The notes below the pieces were generated by a model, which saw nothing but the letters and a program-made list of their open reading frames with translations, was not told the DNA's origin and did not search any database. A stretch of DNA of 64,000 nt from Candidatus Latescibacterota bacterium. GTDB taxonomy: Bacteria; Latescibacterota; UBA2968; SICM01. Position numbers and translations under genes: made by a program. Of this stretch, positions 9,767-20,382 are shown piece after piece. Location: contig CBDCJO010000002.1 in the NCBI GenBank assembly GCA_965217865.1, positions 480,001 to 544,000 of the forward strand, in the 5' to 3' direction. Within the stretch, counting starts at the first letter, position 1; every line of letters begins with the position of its first letter.

Positions 9767-10873
9767 TTACTCCGCGGGAAGCCACCTGACGAAAAACCGT
9801 TCCCAGTTGCGGAACATCACATTGGCAACATCATCCTGTTTATAACCGCGCTTTTCAAGAACCCCCCCTATTTTCTGATAATCCACCACGGTATCGATCC
9901 CGAACGGCGCACCCTCTTGCCCCCCCTGCCCATCGGTGTCCCCGCCGATGGCCGCGTGTTTTGAATTGCCGGCCAACTGACAAACATGATCGATATGGTC
10001 GACGACGGTCTCAACTGTTACGGCCTCTCTCGGGAAACAGCTGCGACGGTCTGGATGACCCCCACCCCAATCCAGGTTCCATTCCGGATACAGCATCCAC
10101 GTATCCATCGAAGTCCCGATAACCGCCCCACGGTCCAGGATCGCCCTGAGCTGTTCGTCGGAAAACTGTCGCTCGCCCGGAACCAGAGCCCGGCAGTTCT
10201 GGTGGCTTGCGATGACCGGCCCGGAGAAGATATCCAGCGCTTGCCAGAAGGCTTTATCGGAAGTGTGGGTCAGGTCGAGGATCATCCCGATCCCATCCAT
10301 TTCACGAAGGAGAGGATCCGCCTGGGACAGCAGCCCCCCGGGCGTCCCCGTCCCGTGAGCATAGGAGCTGACACCATAGTGGGAAAGGCTGATCACACGT
10401 ACTCCGCACTCCCACCATTCGTGAACCTGTTCGGGGAATAGAATGGGGTCCGCCCCTTCCATACCAAGGACAAAACCGATCGGCAGAGATTGGGGGTCAG
10501 TCGATTTCAACCAGGTCTGTATATGCCCGGTGACATCTTCTCGACCCTTCAGGATGCGCCCCTCGCCTCTCTGCTCCAAAATCCGGTAATAGGCCAATTG
10601 GGCATGAGCCGCCGCATATGCGATATCACCACTCCTGTATCCCGGTAGGGGATTTCCCTCCCGTTGAATACGCGCAACGACTTTGACCAGGGCTGCGGCC
10701 ACCATCCCACGGCGCATCTCCGGAACCGTGGCCATGATCCCCGAACTGGGCCGCCTCTCCGGTTCGGGTGATCCCGCCTGGACTGCTCGGACCTCTGCGA
10801 TCGTCAGAGTCAAGTCCCGGTTCAGATCCAGGGCGCCATGCGCCATGGGATAATCTCCGTCAAATACCAGCAT
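9767..10873 (-). CDS. Membrane dipeptidase (peptidase M19)
   Basis: GMEGAD, ILDLTH, IASHQNCRAL, DHIDHV, AIGGDTDG. Confidence 0.88.
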   Translation of the reverse strand: MLVFDGDYPMAHGALDLNRDLTLTIAEVRAVQAGSPEPERRPSSGIMATVPEMRRGMVAAALVKVVARIQREGNPLPGYRSGDIAYAAAHAQLAYYRILEQRGEGRILKGREDVTGHIQTWLKSTDPQSLPIGFVLGMEGADPILFPEQVHEWWECGVRVISLSHYGVSSYAHGTGTPGGLLSQADPLLREMDGIGMILDLTHTSDKAFWQALDIFSGPVIASHQNCRALVPGERQFSDEQLRAILDRGAVIGTSMDTWMLYPEWNLDWGGGHPDRRSCFPREAVTVETVVDHIDHVCQLAGNSKHAAIGGDTDGQGGQEGAPFGIDTVVDYQKIGGVLEKRGYKQDDVANVMFRNWERFFVRWLPAE

Positions 10874-11009
10874 AGGGTTCCCTCCATAGGATTTTGTCAG
10901 TACCCTTGGCCGATCCCGGAAATTTCCATATATTTATCGGGTGCAAAAACGTTATCGGACCCGACGGGATCGAACCTCCAACTTGCCATAGATCGAAAGG
11001 AGTCTGCTG

Positions 11010-11348
11010 ATGACCGTTCAACAACTTGTCTCCCGTTTTCCGGAGATCCCTGAGGATCTTCACGGGGAGGCTTTGCTCGCCCAATTCGCGGAAACGCTCG
11101 GAGATCTCCTCCAGGTGGCCCAAAACCCCGGTGCCTGTTCGCGCGAGCACGACGCCGGAAATCACTTTTATCTCAAACTGATGCGCCCCATCAATTTTTA
11201 CCGCTACACCTTTATCACAAAGGAGAAGGCACTGGCGGAGATCAAAGACTTTGTGGACCGCCGGGTTGCGGATCCGGATGATTTTGTGAAGAGCCTCCTC
11301 CCGGAGGATCTTGCGGAGCAGGAGGTCAAAGGTCCGGGATGCGAATAA
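11010..11348 (+). CDS. Hypothetical protein
   Basis: AAGGAG RBS, 112 aa, protein-like composition; fills the gap between oppositely oriented genes. Confidence 0.7.
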   Translation: MTVQQLVSRFPEIPEDLHGEALLAQFAETLGDLLQVAQNPGACSREHDAGNHFYLKLMRPINFYRYTFITKEKALAEIKDFVDRRVADPDDFVKSLLPEDLAEQEVKGPGCE

Positions 11349-11376
11349 CGAAATTTGTCTAAAAGTCCCGGAAAGG

Positions 11377-12093
11377 TCATTCAAAAAAAGCCTCGCTGTG
11401 CGGTCGCAGGTCCAGTTCAAGCGTCCAGGCGCTTTTGTCCTGTTCAACCAGGCCCCAGTAGGATGCTGCCATCGCGTCGGGGTCCAGAAGAGGCTCATCC
11501 GGACCCGGTGCATAGGCTTTCCGCACTTCCGGCGTATCGATCACCCCATCAACCACAACGTGGGCGACGTGAATCCCCTTCGGCCAGAATTCACGGGCCA
11601 TAGACTCTGCCAGACCCCGGAACCCGAATTTGGCGCTGCTGAAGGCCAGGGCTCCTTTCCTTCCACGCACGGATGACGTTGCCCCGGTAAACAGAATGAC
11701 CCCGCCTCCCGATTTCAGCATATCCGGAACAGCTTCCCTCGAACAGAGGAACCCCCCGTAAACCGTCACCCGCCAGGCCTGTTCGAACTCCTCCAACGTC
11801 AGATCCAAAAGCCCCTTCCAGGCGGCCGTGCTCGCGTGGTTGACAAGGATGTCAACAGACCCGAACGCCTCCCGGACCCGATTAAAACCTCGGGACACCT
11901 GGCCCGGGTCCGTAATGTCGGTGGGGACGCCCAGCACAGAATATTTTTCTTTCTCCACCTCAGAAGTAAGGTCCTTGAGATAGGCCTCGGAACGTGCGAG
12001 CATGCCGACACGACAGCCTTCACTGCAAAACTTTCTAACGAGCGATGCGCCAAGTCCGGGTCCCACACCTGCGATCACGGCGGTTCGGGCCAT
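11377..12093 (-). CDS. SDR family oxidoreductase
   Basis: GVGPGLG, FTGATSS, AKFGFRGLAESMARE, IHVAHVVVDG. Confidence 0.9.
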   Translation of the reverse strand: MARTAVIAGVGPGLGASLVRKFCSEGCRVGMLARSEAYLKDLTSEVEKEKYSVLGVPTDITDPGQVSRGFNRVREAFGSVDILVNHASTAAWKGLLDLTLEEFEQAWRVTVYGGFLCSREAVPDMLKSGGGVILFTGATSSVRGRKGALAFSSAKFGFRGLAESMAREFWPKGIHVAHVVVDGVIDTPEVRKAYAPGPDEPLLDPDAMAASYWGLVEQDKSAWTLELDLRPHSEAFFE

Positions 12094-12118
12094 TTTCAGT
12101 CTCCTCTGTGTTTATAGT

Positions 12119-12565
12119 TCATAAATCTGCGGTAATATACTTTAATATTTCCACAACCTGCTCGGGGGTTTCAGCAACGGCGAGGGCCGCCGCATCCACC
12201 TCTTTTAGGGGATGCGTCAAATCCGGTGGGTGAATCGTGATCAGGCGCTTCCCCTTTGCCGCAGCATACCCCGCCTCGAAAGCCGCGTTCCACTGCCGGA
12301 ATTTATCTCCGAATTTTACCACGACAATATCGGATTTATCGATCAGAGTTCCGGTCCTGATCCGGTTTATCTTCGCAGATTTATGGTCTTTCCAAAACGG
12401 GGAATCCTCATCCCCCAGCACTTTCGAACCCACCCCGTCACTTGCACCATGGTCGGTCACAGGACCGAATAGGTCTAAGGGTAGTTCATTATCCCGGGTT
12501 TCTTGAACGATCTTCTCTCTCCAGTCGGAGTGAATTTCCCCTGATAGATAGACAGACATCCTCAT
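12119..12565 (-). CDS. YtoQ family protein
   Basis: VYLSGEIHSDWRE, FGDKFRQWNAAFEAGYA, HPLKEVDAAA; GGAGG RBS before ATG 12565. Confidence 0.85.
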   Translation of the reverse strand: MRMSVYLSGEIHSDWREKIVQETRDNELPLDLFGPVTDHGASDGVGSKVLGDEDSPFWKDHKSAKINRIRTGTLIDKSDIVVVKFGDKFRQWNAAFEAGYAAAKGKRLITIHPPDLTHPLKEVDAAALAVAETPEQVVEILKYITADL

Positions 12566-12663
12566 AAACGCGCCTCCCATACTTTTTGAAATTCCATCCT
12601 GAAATACAGGCCTCGAATAATCAAATAACTTAATCCAATTTATGAAAAAAACTGTAAAAACCC

Positions 12664-12712
12664 TTGACAAATCATTTCCAAATAAATATATTTAACCATA
12701 TGGTTAAATATA
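12664..12712 (+). promoter_or_regulatory. Sigma70-type promoter with 26-bp perfect palindromic ArsR operator
   Basis: TTGACA 12664-12669; TATATTTAACCAT|ATGGTTAAATATA 12687-12712, overlapping the ATG. Confidence 0.75.
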
Positions 12713-13044
12713 ACAATTCCTCTCTCAACGGTGTATTCGGGGCCCTTTCGGGTCCAACCCGACGGCGAATTGTCGAACTGCTGGCACAGGGTCCTGTCAA
12801 TGTCTCTGAAATCGCTTCCAATTTTCAAATATCCCTCCCCGCTGTCTCCAAACACCTTCGCATCCTCGAACACGCCGGGATCATCACAAGGGAAATCCGG
12901 GGAAGGGAACACCGGTTGAGTCTTCACGCAAATCCGATGGAAGATGCCTCCCAATGGCTGGATCAATACCGTAGATTTTGGGAGGACAGCCTCCAATCCC
13001 TCTCCGAGTATCTCGGAGAAAACCCAAAACCCAAGGAGGGTTGA
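12700..13044 (+). CDS. ArsR/SmtB family transcriptional regulator
   Basis: FGALSGPTRRRIV, SLPAVSKHLRILEHAGII, YRRFWEDSL. Confidence 0.9.
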   Translation: MVKYNNSSLNGVFGALSGPTRRRIVELLAQGPVNVSEIASNFQISLPAVSKHLRILEHAGIITREIRGREHRLSLHANPMEDASQWLDQYRRFWEDSLQSLSEYLGENPKPKEG

Positions 13045-13046
13045 TT

Positions 13047-13499
13047 ATGGCAACGGCAGCCAGCACCGCAGTGAGCCTCGAATTGACTCGCGTATTCAAC
13101 GTCCCTCGAGACAGAGTCTACGCGGCCTGGTCGAGCTCGGAAGCCATGAAACAATGGTTTGGCCCCAGTACATGTAATGTGGTCGAAGCCGACTTCGAGC
13201 CCAAAGTGGGAGAACAATACCGGGTCAAGGTGAACAGTTCGGAGATGGGGGAGATCGACCTTACGGGGAGTTTTCGAGAGGTATCTCCTCCGGAAAAGCT
13301 GGTCTTTACCTGGCAGTGGCTCACAGAGCCTATGAGCCATGAGGGCGAGTCGCTCGTCACGGTGGAGTTCGTCGATCTTGGAACCTCTACCGAAATCCGC
13401 CTGACCCACGAAGGATTCCCCTCGGACGAGGCGAAGGACAATCACCAGGAAGGTTGGACCAGTACCCTGGACAGTCTGCAAACTTACCTGTTAAAATAG
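13047..13499 (+). CDS. SRPBCC/AHSA1 domain protein
   Basis: RVFNVPRDRVYAAW, QWFGP, PPEKLVFTW, HQEGWTSTLDSL; AGGAGG RBS. Confidence 0.9.
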   Translation: MATAASTAVSLELTRVFNVPRDRVYAAWSSSEAMKQWFGPSTCNVVEADFEPKVGEQYRVKVNSSEMGEIDLTGSFREVSPPEKLVFTWQWLTEPMSHEGESLVTVEFVDLGTSTEIRLTHEGFPSDEAKDNHQEGWTSTLDSLQTYLLK

Positions 13500-13551
13500 C
13501 GGGATCGAAGATATCGCAGAGGTCTTGCGAAGTCAAAGACAGGCGCACGAG

Positions 13552-13586
13552 AAATGGCCCCGAGGATTTCCTTCGGGGCCATTTTG
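13552..13586 (+). terminator. Rho-independent terminator
   Basis: AAATGGCCCCGAGG-loop-CCTTCGGGGCCATTTT after the SRPBCC gene. Confidence 0.75.
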
Positions 13587-13695
13587 TTCTGAGCTTTACG
13601 AATCCGGAAATGACCTTTAAGTTGACATTCCTCCGAAATCATTCCATACTTAAAGTTCGTTTTTCAAATCCCTCGACCCTATTCCCAATCGATCA

Positions 13696-14721
13696 ATGGA
13701 AGAACTGATCGGACTTCTGGTTCAAGGACTCTCCCTACCCCTGCTCTTCGCGATCATCGCCGTAACGATCTACACCCTCGCGAAGGGAGCAGATATACTC
13801 GTCGATCAGGCGGTAATCATCTCCACCCATTGGGGAGTACCCAAAGTTCTGATCGGTGCGACAATCGTCAGCCTGGGAACGACCCTGCCGGAAGCGGCTG
13901 TTTCTGTTCTGGCCTCCCTCCAGGGGAAGCCGGGTCTTGCCCTCGGAAATGCAGTGGGATCCATTATTTGCGATACCGGGCTCGTTCTTGGAACAGCGAC
14001 CCTGATATCTCCCCTCCCGCTGGACAAGGCCATCGTAAATCGCCAGGGGTGGCTCCAGCTGGCTGCCGGATTCCTGCTGGTTGTATCCTGTACTCCCTTC
14101 TCATCCCTCGGAAAGGCCTTCACGGAAGGCGGGAATCTGCCTCAAATCGTTGGGTTTGTATTCCTTCTGCTTCTCGTTGTATACATCTGGAAGTCGATCC
14201 GCTGGGTCAAAATCCAGGATTCCGAATCCGAACTAGAAACGAAAGAAAATCATCTCGATCCATCGGGGACCTTTCCCACGGCGTTCAAGTTGATCTTCGG
14301 GATCGTTCTGGTTGTGGCCTCATCCTGGGTGTTGATTCCGACGGTCCACGAAACTGCTCTACGGTTGAGGATACCCGAAAGCATCATCGCAGCCACCCTT
14401 GTGGCTTTTGGAACCTCACTTCCCGAACTGATTACCGCTGTGACCGCCGCGAGGAAAGGGCACGGAGAAATCGCGGTGGGAAATGTGATCGGTGCGGATA
14501 TCCTGAACGTCCTCTTTGTGGCCGGAACTTCGGCTGCGGTCACGAAAGGCGGTCTGGACGCACCCGTTCAATTCTTTCAGCTCCTCTTCCCCGCAATGTT
14601 GTTTATCCTGATCGCCTTCAGGATCGGAATATTCTGTTCAGGCGACCAGCTAAAACGTCCCTTCGGCATCATCCTCCTTGGGATATACCTGTTGGTGACC
14701 GTCCTGGGATATACCCGATAA
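13696..14721 (+). CDS. Calcium/sodium antiporter (YrbG-like)
   Basis: Two GT(T/S)LPE alpha repeats, GNAVGS and GNVIG, multiple TM segments. Confidence 0.9.
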   Translation: MEELIGLLVQGLSLPLLFAIIAVTIYTLAKGADILVDQAVIISTHWGVPKVLIGATIVSLGTTLPEAAVSVLASLQGKPGLALGNAVGSIICDTGLVLGTATLISPLPLDKAIVNRQGWLQLAAGFLLVVSCTPFSSLGKAFTEGGNLPQIVGFVFLLLLVVYIWKSIRWVKIQDSESELETKENHLDPSGTFPTAFKLIFGIVLVVASSWVLIPTVHETALRLRIPESIIAATLVAFGTSLPELITAVTAARKGHGEIAVGNVIGADILNVLFVAGTSAAVTKGGLDAPVQFFQLLFPAMLFILIAFRIGIFCSGDQLKRPFGIILLGIYLLVTVLGYTR

Positions 14722-14750
14722 GAAAGCACGCACACACCCTCGAAATTTCC

Positions 14751-15401
14751 TTATTTCTTTATCTGTCCTCGATCCTTCCTGGATGATCTGGCTTCAATCA
14801 CGTTAAATATTCCGAAAAAGAGGCGTCGGACCGCGACTGGCCTCAAACCCGCCTGCCGGACCAGATCGAGGGGCTCCCGGTTCCAATGGCATCCCAGAAA
14901 TTCAGCGTGACCATCCGCTTTCCGATCCTGCCATCGACTCAATCGCTCCCGATCACTTCGCCCGTGTTCCATTAAAAAAATAGTGCCTTCCGACCGGCAT
15001 ACCCGGTCCATCTCGCGGAGGGTTAAACACGGATCTGGAAACGTACACAGGGACAGGCACGAGACGACCGAATCGAAGCTCTGGTCCGGAAACGGGAGGG
15101 CCTTCGCGTCTGCAACTCCGAATCCGATCCCAACCCCGTGACGATCTGCCCGCCGACGTGCGATCCGGAGCATGGCCGGACTCAAGTCGACCGCAATTAC
15201 CCGGCAGCTCTTGGAGTAGGAGGGAAATCCTTTCCCGGTTCCCGCGGCGACCTCCAGGACCCTCCCTGAAGTCCGCCTGAGCAGCCTGTGTCGGAGCCCC
15301 CCCACCCCCAGGGACTCTAATGCTCCTTCGAAAAGATCGTATCGATTCGCGAATCCCTCATACTTTTGCTGAATCTCCGCTGTCGAGAATGAAACGGCCA
15401 C
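14751..15401 (-). CDS. Class I SAM-dependent methyltransferase
   Basis: VLEVAAGTG, VDLSPAML, LPFPDQSFDSV. Confidence 0.88.
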   Translation of the reverse strand: MAVSFSTAEIQQKYEGFANRYDLFEGALESLGVGGLRHRLLRRTSGRVLEVAAGTGKGFPSYSKSCRVIAVDLSPAMLRIARRRADRHGVGIGFGVADAKALPFPDQSFDSVVSCLSLCTFPDPCLTLREMDRVCRSEGTIFLMEHGRSDRERLSRWQDRKADGHAEFLGCHWNREPLDLVRQAGLRPVAVRRLFFGIFNVIEARSSRKDRGQIKK

Positions 15402-15823
15402 CGTATATACCCCTATCTCGGGCGTATCTTGCGTAAGAAGCCATACTCTAAGGCTCTAATCGTCTTGTTTACCGTGTTTCCAATTTGCAATTTTCGTTTT
15501 GGGTTCCTTCTTGACACCCTCCTCCGACCCCTGACCTCCAGCTTCTCCTGCCTTTTCTGCCACTGCTACTGCTACTGTTTTCCCCTGACATCCGGCCCCT
15601 CGAACTTCATTGAATATTGAATATCGGAGAATTGAATATTTGAAAACCTAGGATTTGCTTGGCTATATGGCTCTCTTCGATATTCAATCTTCAATTCCCA
15701 CTGCCCCTGCATTTCTTGCTACTGCCACTGCTACTATTTTTCCCGTTTCACGTCTCACGTTGACGTTTGACCGGCTTTTCTGACCCCTGCATTTTCCATT
15801 TTCCATTTCCATTTCCATGACCA

Positions 15824-16957
15824 CTACCAGTTCGTGAAAGAACCATCCTCTCGATGCAATCTGGGTCCGTGGTCCCATTGAAAGGACATACCTTCCGCCG
15901 CCTGCTCATCGAACGTCACCCCCAACCCAGGAAGTTCCGGCGCCAGCAGGAAACCCGATTCATAGGGAACCTGCACGGGAAACAGGTCAGTCATCGCCGG
16001 TTTACCAACCAGTCCCCCCTCCTGCACCCCAAAATTGTCAGTCGCGATATCCAGATGGAGGCAGGCCGCAGCCGATACGGGTCCAAGGGGATTGTGCGGA
16101 ACGATCTTGATGTAGTGGGTCTCGCACCAGTTTGCGATCTTCCTCGCCTCGGTCAACCCACCTACGATACAGAGGTCGATTCGGGCGTAATCTGCCAACT
16201 CCTCCTCGATCAGTTGACGAAATTCCCATTTCGTCGCATACTGTTCTCCAACGGCCAGGGGGCAGCTGACGTGCTGCCGCACATGCCGGTAGCTCTGGGG
16301 ATTTTCGCACCTGAGCGGATCTTCGATGAAGAACGGATCATAGGCCTCGAGTTTTCTCCCGAGTCGGATGGTATCGGGTGGGTCAAGCCGGGTATGGACG
16401 TCGATACAGAGTTCCACCTCCGGCCCCACGGCCTCCCGGACAGCTGAAAAATGGTCCACCGAATCCCGAACCGCCGTCGAGGGGTCCAGGAGGCCATCCC
16501 GGTCCATCACCGACAGTCGAAGATATCTCCATCCCTCCGCCGTGCAGGCCCGAGCCGCCCGCGCGGTATCTTCCGGACGCTTCCCCCCGATGCCTGTGTA
16601 ACAGACCGCACGGTCCCGCATCTTCCCGCCCAGAAGCATATATACGGGTTGCTCCAAAGCCTTCCCCTTAATGTCCCACAACGCGATGTCGATCGCGCTC
16701 TGTGCCGCCATGTTGATCCTTCCGCCGGGGAAGAAATCCCCCCGAAAAAGCGTCTGCCAAATCCTCTCGATATTCAGAGGATCCTGGTCGATCAGGTCAG
16801 AAGCCATATGCCGGATCGCTCCCAACCCGGCCTGTTCCCTCCAGGTCAGGCCGAATTCTCCCATCCCATATATTCCCTCATCCGTTTCGATCTTCACGAA
16901 CATGTAGTTCCTGGTCTCGTAGAAGACGGGGAACGTCTTAACCTCTGTAATCTTCAT
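15824..16957 (-). CDS. Mandelate racemase/muconate-lactonizing family dehydratase (galactonate dehydratase-like)
   Basis: SAIDIALWDIKGK, DVHTRL, FIEDP, AVGE, PHNPLGP. Confidence 0.9.
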   Translation of the reverse strand: MKITEVKTFPVFYETRNYMFVKIETDEGIYGMGEFGLTWREQAGLGAIRHMASDLIDQDPLNIERIWQTLFRGDFFPGGRINMAAQSAIDIALWDIKGKALEQPVYMLLGGKMRDRAVCYTGIGGKRPEDTARAARACTAEGWRYLRLSVMDRDGLLDPSTAVRDSVDHFSAVREAVGPEVELCIDVHTRLDPPDTIRLGRKLEAYDPFFIEDPLRCENPQSYRHVRQHVSCPLAVGEQYATKWEFRQLIEEELADYARIDLCIVGGLTEARKIANWCETHYIKIVPHNPLGPVSAAACLHLDIATDNFGVQEGGLVGKPAMTDLFPVQVPYESGFLLAPELPGLGVTFDEQAAEGMSFQWDHGPRLHREDGSFTNW

Positions 16958-17128
16958 CTCATCTCCATCGTTTCTCGTTCCACCCGGTCTCTTTCCAAAG
17001 CCCTCCGGCCTGGAACCTGAAACCTGGAACCTGGAACTTTGATTGACACCGCCCGATATCCGGCGTATCATGTCCGACGAATTTGCGACCCATGGCCCCC
17101 ACCATAACAGCCACGAAAGGAGCCTGCC

Positions 17129-17509
17129 ATGGCCGTATTCCTTCATACCCGCGTCCGGGTGGGTGACCTGGACAGGGCGATCACATATTATTGCGATAAC
17201 TTCGGGTTCGTTCTGAAGCGGCGCAGCGACCGGTCACCCCAGGGAAATCAGATCGCCCATCTGGAGCTTCCGGGAAATGAACACCTTTGGGAGCTCACCT
17301 ATTCACCCGACTACGAACTCAACGTCCCGGAGGATCTGATGCACATCGCCATCGGAGTTCCGGATCTGATCGCCTTCTGCGATCAACTGGAGAAGAAAGG
17401 GATCGAAATATGGCCCGACGGATGGCGTGAAAAGTTCGTCACAGGAAACAAAATGGCCTTTGTGACCGATCCCGACGGATATGAGATCGAGCTCTTAGAA
17501 CAAGGGTGA
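17129..17509 (+). CDS. VOC/glyoxalase family protein
   Basis: HTRVRVGDLD, ELTY, HIAIGV, AFVTDPDGYEIEL. Confidence 0.9.
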   Translation: MAVFLHTRVRVGDLDRAITYYCDNFGFVLKRRSDRSPQGNQIAHLELPGNEHLWELTYSPDYELNVPEDLMHIAIGVPDLIAFCDQLEKKGIEIWPDGWREKFVTGNKMAFVTDPDGYEIELLEQG

Positions 17510-17533
17510 CGCGACCGGCAACCCTTTTTGAGA

Positions 17534-19120
17534 TCACAGCATGACCTGCCGCGCACTGACCACCCCTTCCAGAGTACGGATCTCGTCCAGCATCTCCGGC
17601 GTAACCGGAGAATCCAGGTTGATGGAGGAAAGGGCACGGCCCCCCGGCTCTGTTCGGCCAAGCCTCCACTCCGCGATGTTGATCCCGTTTTCTCCGAGAA
17701 AGGTGGCCGTTCGCCCGATGACGCCCGGAAGGTCGTTATTGTTCATAAACAACAGCGTTCCCACAGGTTGTGCATCGATCAGGATTCCGTCAACCATGAC
17801 GATCCGCGGATCGTCGCGACCGAAAAGCGTGGCCGAGACCACCCGCTCCCCACCCTCCCAGCCGACCCTGCATGAGATGAGATTGGCGTAATTGGGCGCC
17901 TTGATGCCCTGGGTCTTACTGACGGCTATCCCTCGCTGATGGGCAAGGTGAGGCGCGTTGATGTAATTTATATTTCCCTCCAGAATGGAAGATAAAAGCC
18001 CCTTCAGAAGGGCCACGGTCAGGGCCTGAACGTGGGTCTCGATTTCTTCTCCCTCCAGTTCGACTTCAACCCGCTTGACAGGACCGTCTGCCAGTTGCAT
18101 TTGAAGGTTCCCCACCCGTTCGGCCAGATCGAGGTAGGGCCTTATGCGTCTGAACTCTTCTGGGTCCATCGGGGGCATATTGACGGCATTCCGAAACTCG
18201 ACCTCCCGGAGTGCGTCAAGCACCTGATCCACGATCTGCGTCCCCACATCACGCAGAGCCTCGGTCGTGTTTGCGGCCAGATGGGGCGTCGTTAGGACAT
18301 TAGGGAGCGTACGGAGCGAACTTTCTCTGGGGAGCGGCTCATATTCATAAACGTCCAGGGCGGCCCCACCGATCTGACCCGATCTGATTCCGTCGACCAG
18401 GGCGGCCTCATCGATCAGCTTCCCTCGCGCACAATTGATCAACCGTACCCCCTTCTTCATCATTCCGATCTGATCTGCTCCGATCATTCCCGTGGTCTCG
18501 GGCGTAAGAGGCACGTGCAGGCTGACGAAGTCGGAGGAACTCAACAGCGTTTCCAGATCCACCAGGTCCACATTCAGTTCACGGGCGACGTCATCACTCA
18601 GGTAGGGATCGTAAGTGAGAATATGCATTCCGAAAGCCTGGCATCGCCGAACCACCTGAGCCCCGATTTGGCCCAATCCGATAACGCCGAGGGTCTTTCC
18701 GTATAGTTCCACGCCCAAAAAATCTTCCCGCCTCCAATCCCCTTTTTGCATCGAACCGTGTGCCCCGGTAATGTGACGACAGAGTGCAAGGAGCACGGCG
18801 ATCGTAAATTCCGCAGCCGCCACCGTGTTTGCCCCAGGCGTATTCATAACCATGATCCCGCCAACGCTTGCTGCCTGAATATCGACGTTGTCCAGGCCCA
18901 CACCTGCCCTTCCAACGACCTTCAACCGATCAGCCTGCTTGATAAGATCGGCGGTGATCTTCGTCCGGCTCCGGATTATCCACGCATCATATTCTTTCAC
19001 GATTCGGGAAAGTTCCTCCGGGCTCTCGCCCTTCACCACATCGAATTGGACATCCGGATCTGTCCGCAGCTTGTCAAGGGCCTGAGGGGAGAGCTCGTCG
19101 GTAATCAGAATCCTGAACAT
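17534..19120 (-). CDS. serA: D-3-phosphoglycerate dehydrogenase
   Basis: GRAGVGLDNVD, GLGQIG, INCARG, TPHLAANT, C-terminal ASB and ACT domains. Confidence 0.95.
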   Translation of the reverse strand: MFRILITDELSPQALDKLRTDPDVQFDVVKGESPEELSRIVKEYDAWIIRSRTKITADLIKQADRLKVVGRAGVGLDNVDIQAASVGGIMVMNTPGANTVAAAEFTIAVLLALCRHITGAHGSMQKGDWRREDFLGVELYGKTLGVIGLGQIGAQVVRRCQAFGMHILTYDPYLSDDVARELNVDLVDLETLLSSSDFVSLHVPLTPETTGMIGADQIGMMKKGVRLINCARGKLIDEAALVDGIRSGQIGGAALDVYEYEPLPRESSLRTLPNVLTTPHLAANTTEALRDVGTQIVDQVLDALREVEFRNAVNMPPMDPEEFRRIRPYLDLAERVGNLQMQLADGPVKRVEVELEGEEIETHVQALTVALLKGLLSSILEGNINYINAPHLAHQRGIAVSKTQGIKAPNYANLISCRVGWEGGERVVSATLFGRDDPRIVMVDGILIDAQPVGTLLFMNNNDLPGVIGRTATFLGENGINIAEWRLGRTEPGGRALSSINLDSPVTPEMLDEIRTLEGVVSARQVML

Positions 19121-19398
19121 CTTGGTGCCCCCATCGGGTCAACGATCGCGCATTCCATACAGATTACATTTCAATCCGGATTAATTGCAGAATTCAAAAA
19201 TCATCCACCGAGGGAACATGGGTCAAACCGGGAAGGACTCGGGAGGGCGGTGAATCGACTATAAAGATAGGGGCACGATGGCCGTGCCCCTTTTATCCCT
19301 TCGAAACGTCAGGGAGATCCAAAACCTCTTCAACTCAAACATGGCAACCGGAAAGTCACTTGAACCGCGGATCCCTCACGATCATTTGGTTGAGATAT

Positions 19399-19471
19399 AG
19401 CCACCCGCCGGACTCGAACCGGCGACCTGCTGATTACGAATCAGCTGCTCTACCAACTGAGCTAGGGTGGC
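19399..19471 (-). tRNA. tRNA-Thr(CGT)
   Basis: GCCACCCTAGCTCAGTTGGTAGAGCAGCTGATTCGTAATCAGCAGGTCGCCGGTTCGAGTCCGGCGGGTGGCT; cloverleaf, CGT anticodon, CCA not encoded. Confidence 0.96.
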
Positions 19472-19529
19472 CAAAACGCCTAAAGGTTAACGATTGGGTT
19501 CGGGGTTGTCAAGCCCATATTCATCCTCC

Positions 19530-19934
19530 CTACCTGCCGCGATCCCGATGGATCATCCCTTTGATCGTCATAGCCAGGGCCTTCGTCGCCCGGTGGCTCA
19601 ACTTGACATTTCCCTTTCGCACGCGCAGGAGGCCTGGCTTTGTTTCGGCTTTGACCTGCTCCATCAGGGCCTTCGCCTCCTCAACCTGACGGGCGGTCTC
19701 CTCCACCTTCTTCGACTGCGGCCACAGGCGAACGAAGACGTAAAGGGTAAGTGTAACCGCGAGGATACCCGAGCATAGCGTGGCGACCATATTCAGCTGA
19801 AACCTGAGGCCAAAGGCAAGCCCGAGGATTAAGATGCCCCCTGTAATCAGGAGGATTTTTGGCAACTGAGACCCAACCCAGGCCACCGTCTCCATAAATG
19901 ATCGTCGTTCTTCTTTCGTTTGTGATTCGTTCAT
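19530..19934 (-). CDS. Hypothetical membrane protein (2 TM plus coiled coil)
   Basis: Two hydrophobic helices followed by a charged helix. Confidence 0.65.
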   Translation of the reverse strand: MNESQTKEERRSFMETVAWVGSQLPKILLITGGILILGLAFGLRFQLNMVATLCSGILAVTLTLYVFVRLWPQSKKVEETARQVEEAKALMEQVKAETKPGLLRVRKGNVKLSHRATKALAMTIKGMIHRDRGR

Positions 19935-20009
19935 GGGCGTGATTCGTTAAGAATCGATGTGAATAATTTTTTGAACGGTCACGGATTTTAATCGATAGGA
20001 TTCGGGATT

Positions 20010-20156
20010 TTCCGAGTCACGATCCACGGACCCCGGCTTTTCCGATCCCCGAATCACGATCCACGGGTTTTCCGATCCCCGAATCACGATCCACGATCCA
20101 CGGGTTTTCCGATCCCCGAGCCACGGACCACGATCCACGGTCTTTTCGATCCACGG
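20010..20156. repeat. Heptamer-based tandem repeat tract (CACGATC/CGATCCA/CGATCCC)
   Basis: Repeated TTTTCCGATCCCCGAATCACGATCCACG units; related tracts at 20460-20545 and 21530-21570. Confidence 0.85.
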
Positions 20157-20382
20157 TACGCTTCGCGCTTCATTCGGAGCCAGGAGGCGGCTCCTGTAAA
20201 TCAAAAGAGATTGTCAGAATTATTAACCCTGGCCTTATTTGGCCAAAAGTTGTGGGACCGGTCTCCAGACCGGGAACTAGCTCTGAAGGGCCATGATCAC
20301 TCATAAAAGAACATTTTCTTTTCGATGACGACCTTGTTCCCCGACTGGAGTCGGGTCCCACAGAATCTAAGGGATTGTCCCG

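Noticed and set aside
19399-19471. tRNA-Thr as the island integration site
   Set aside because: No duplicated tRNA 3' end and no adjacent integrase found; the flanks are ordinary genes.
20010-20156. Possible CRISPR array
   Set aside because: The units are degenerate heptamer tandems with no unique spacers.
19947-20204. 85-aa ORF with WIVIRGSE repeats
   Set aside because: Translation of the heptamer repeat tract, not a credible gene.
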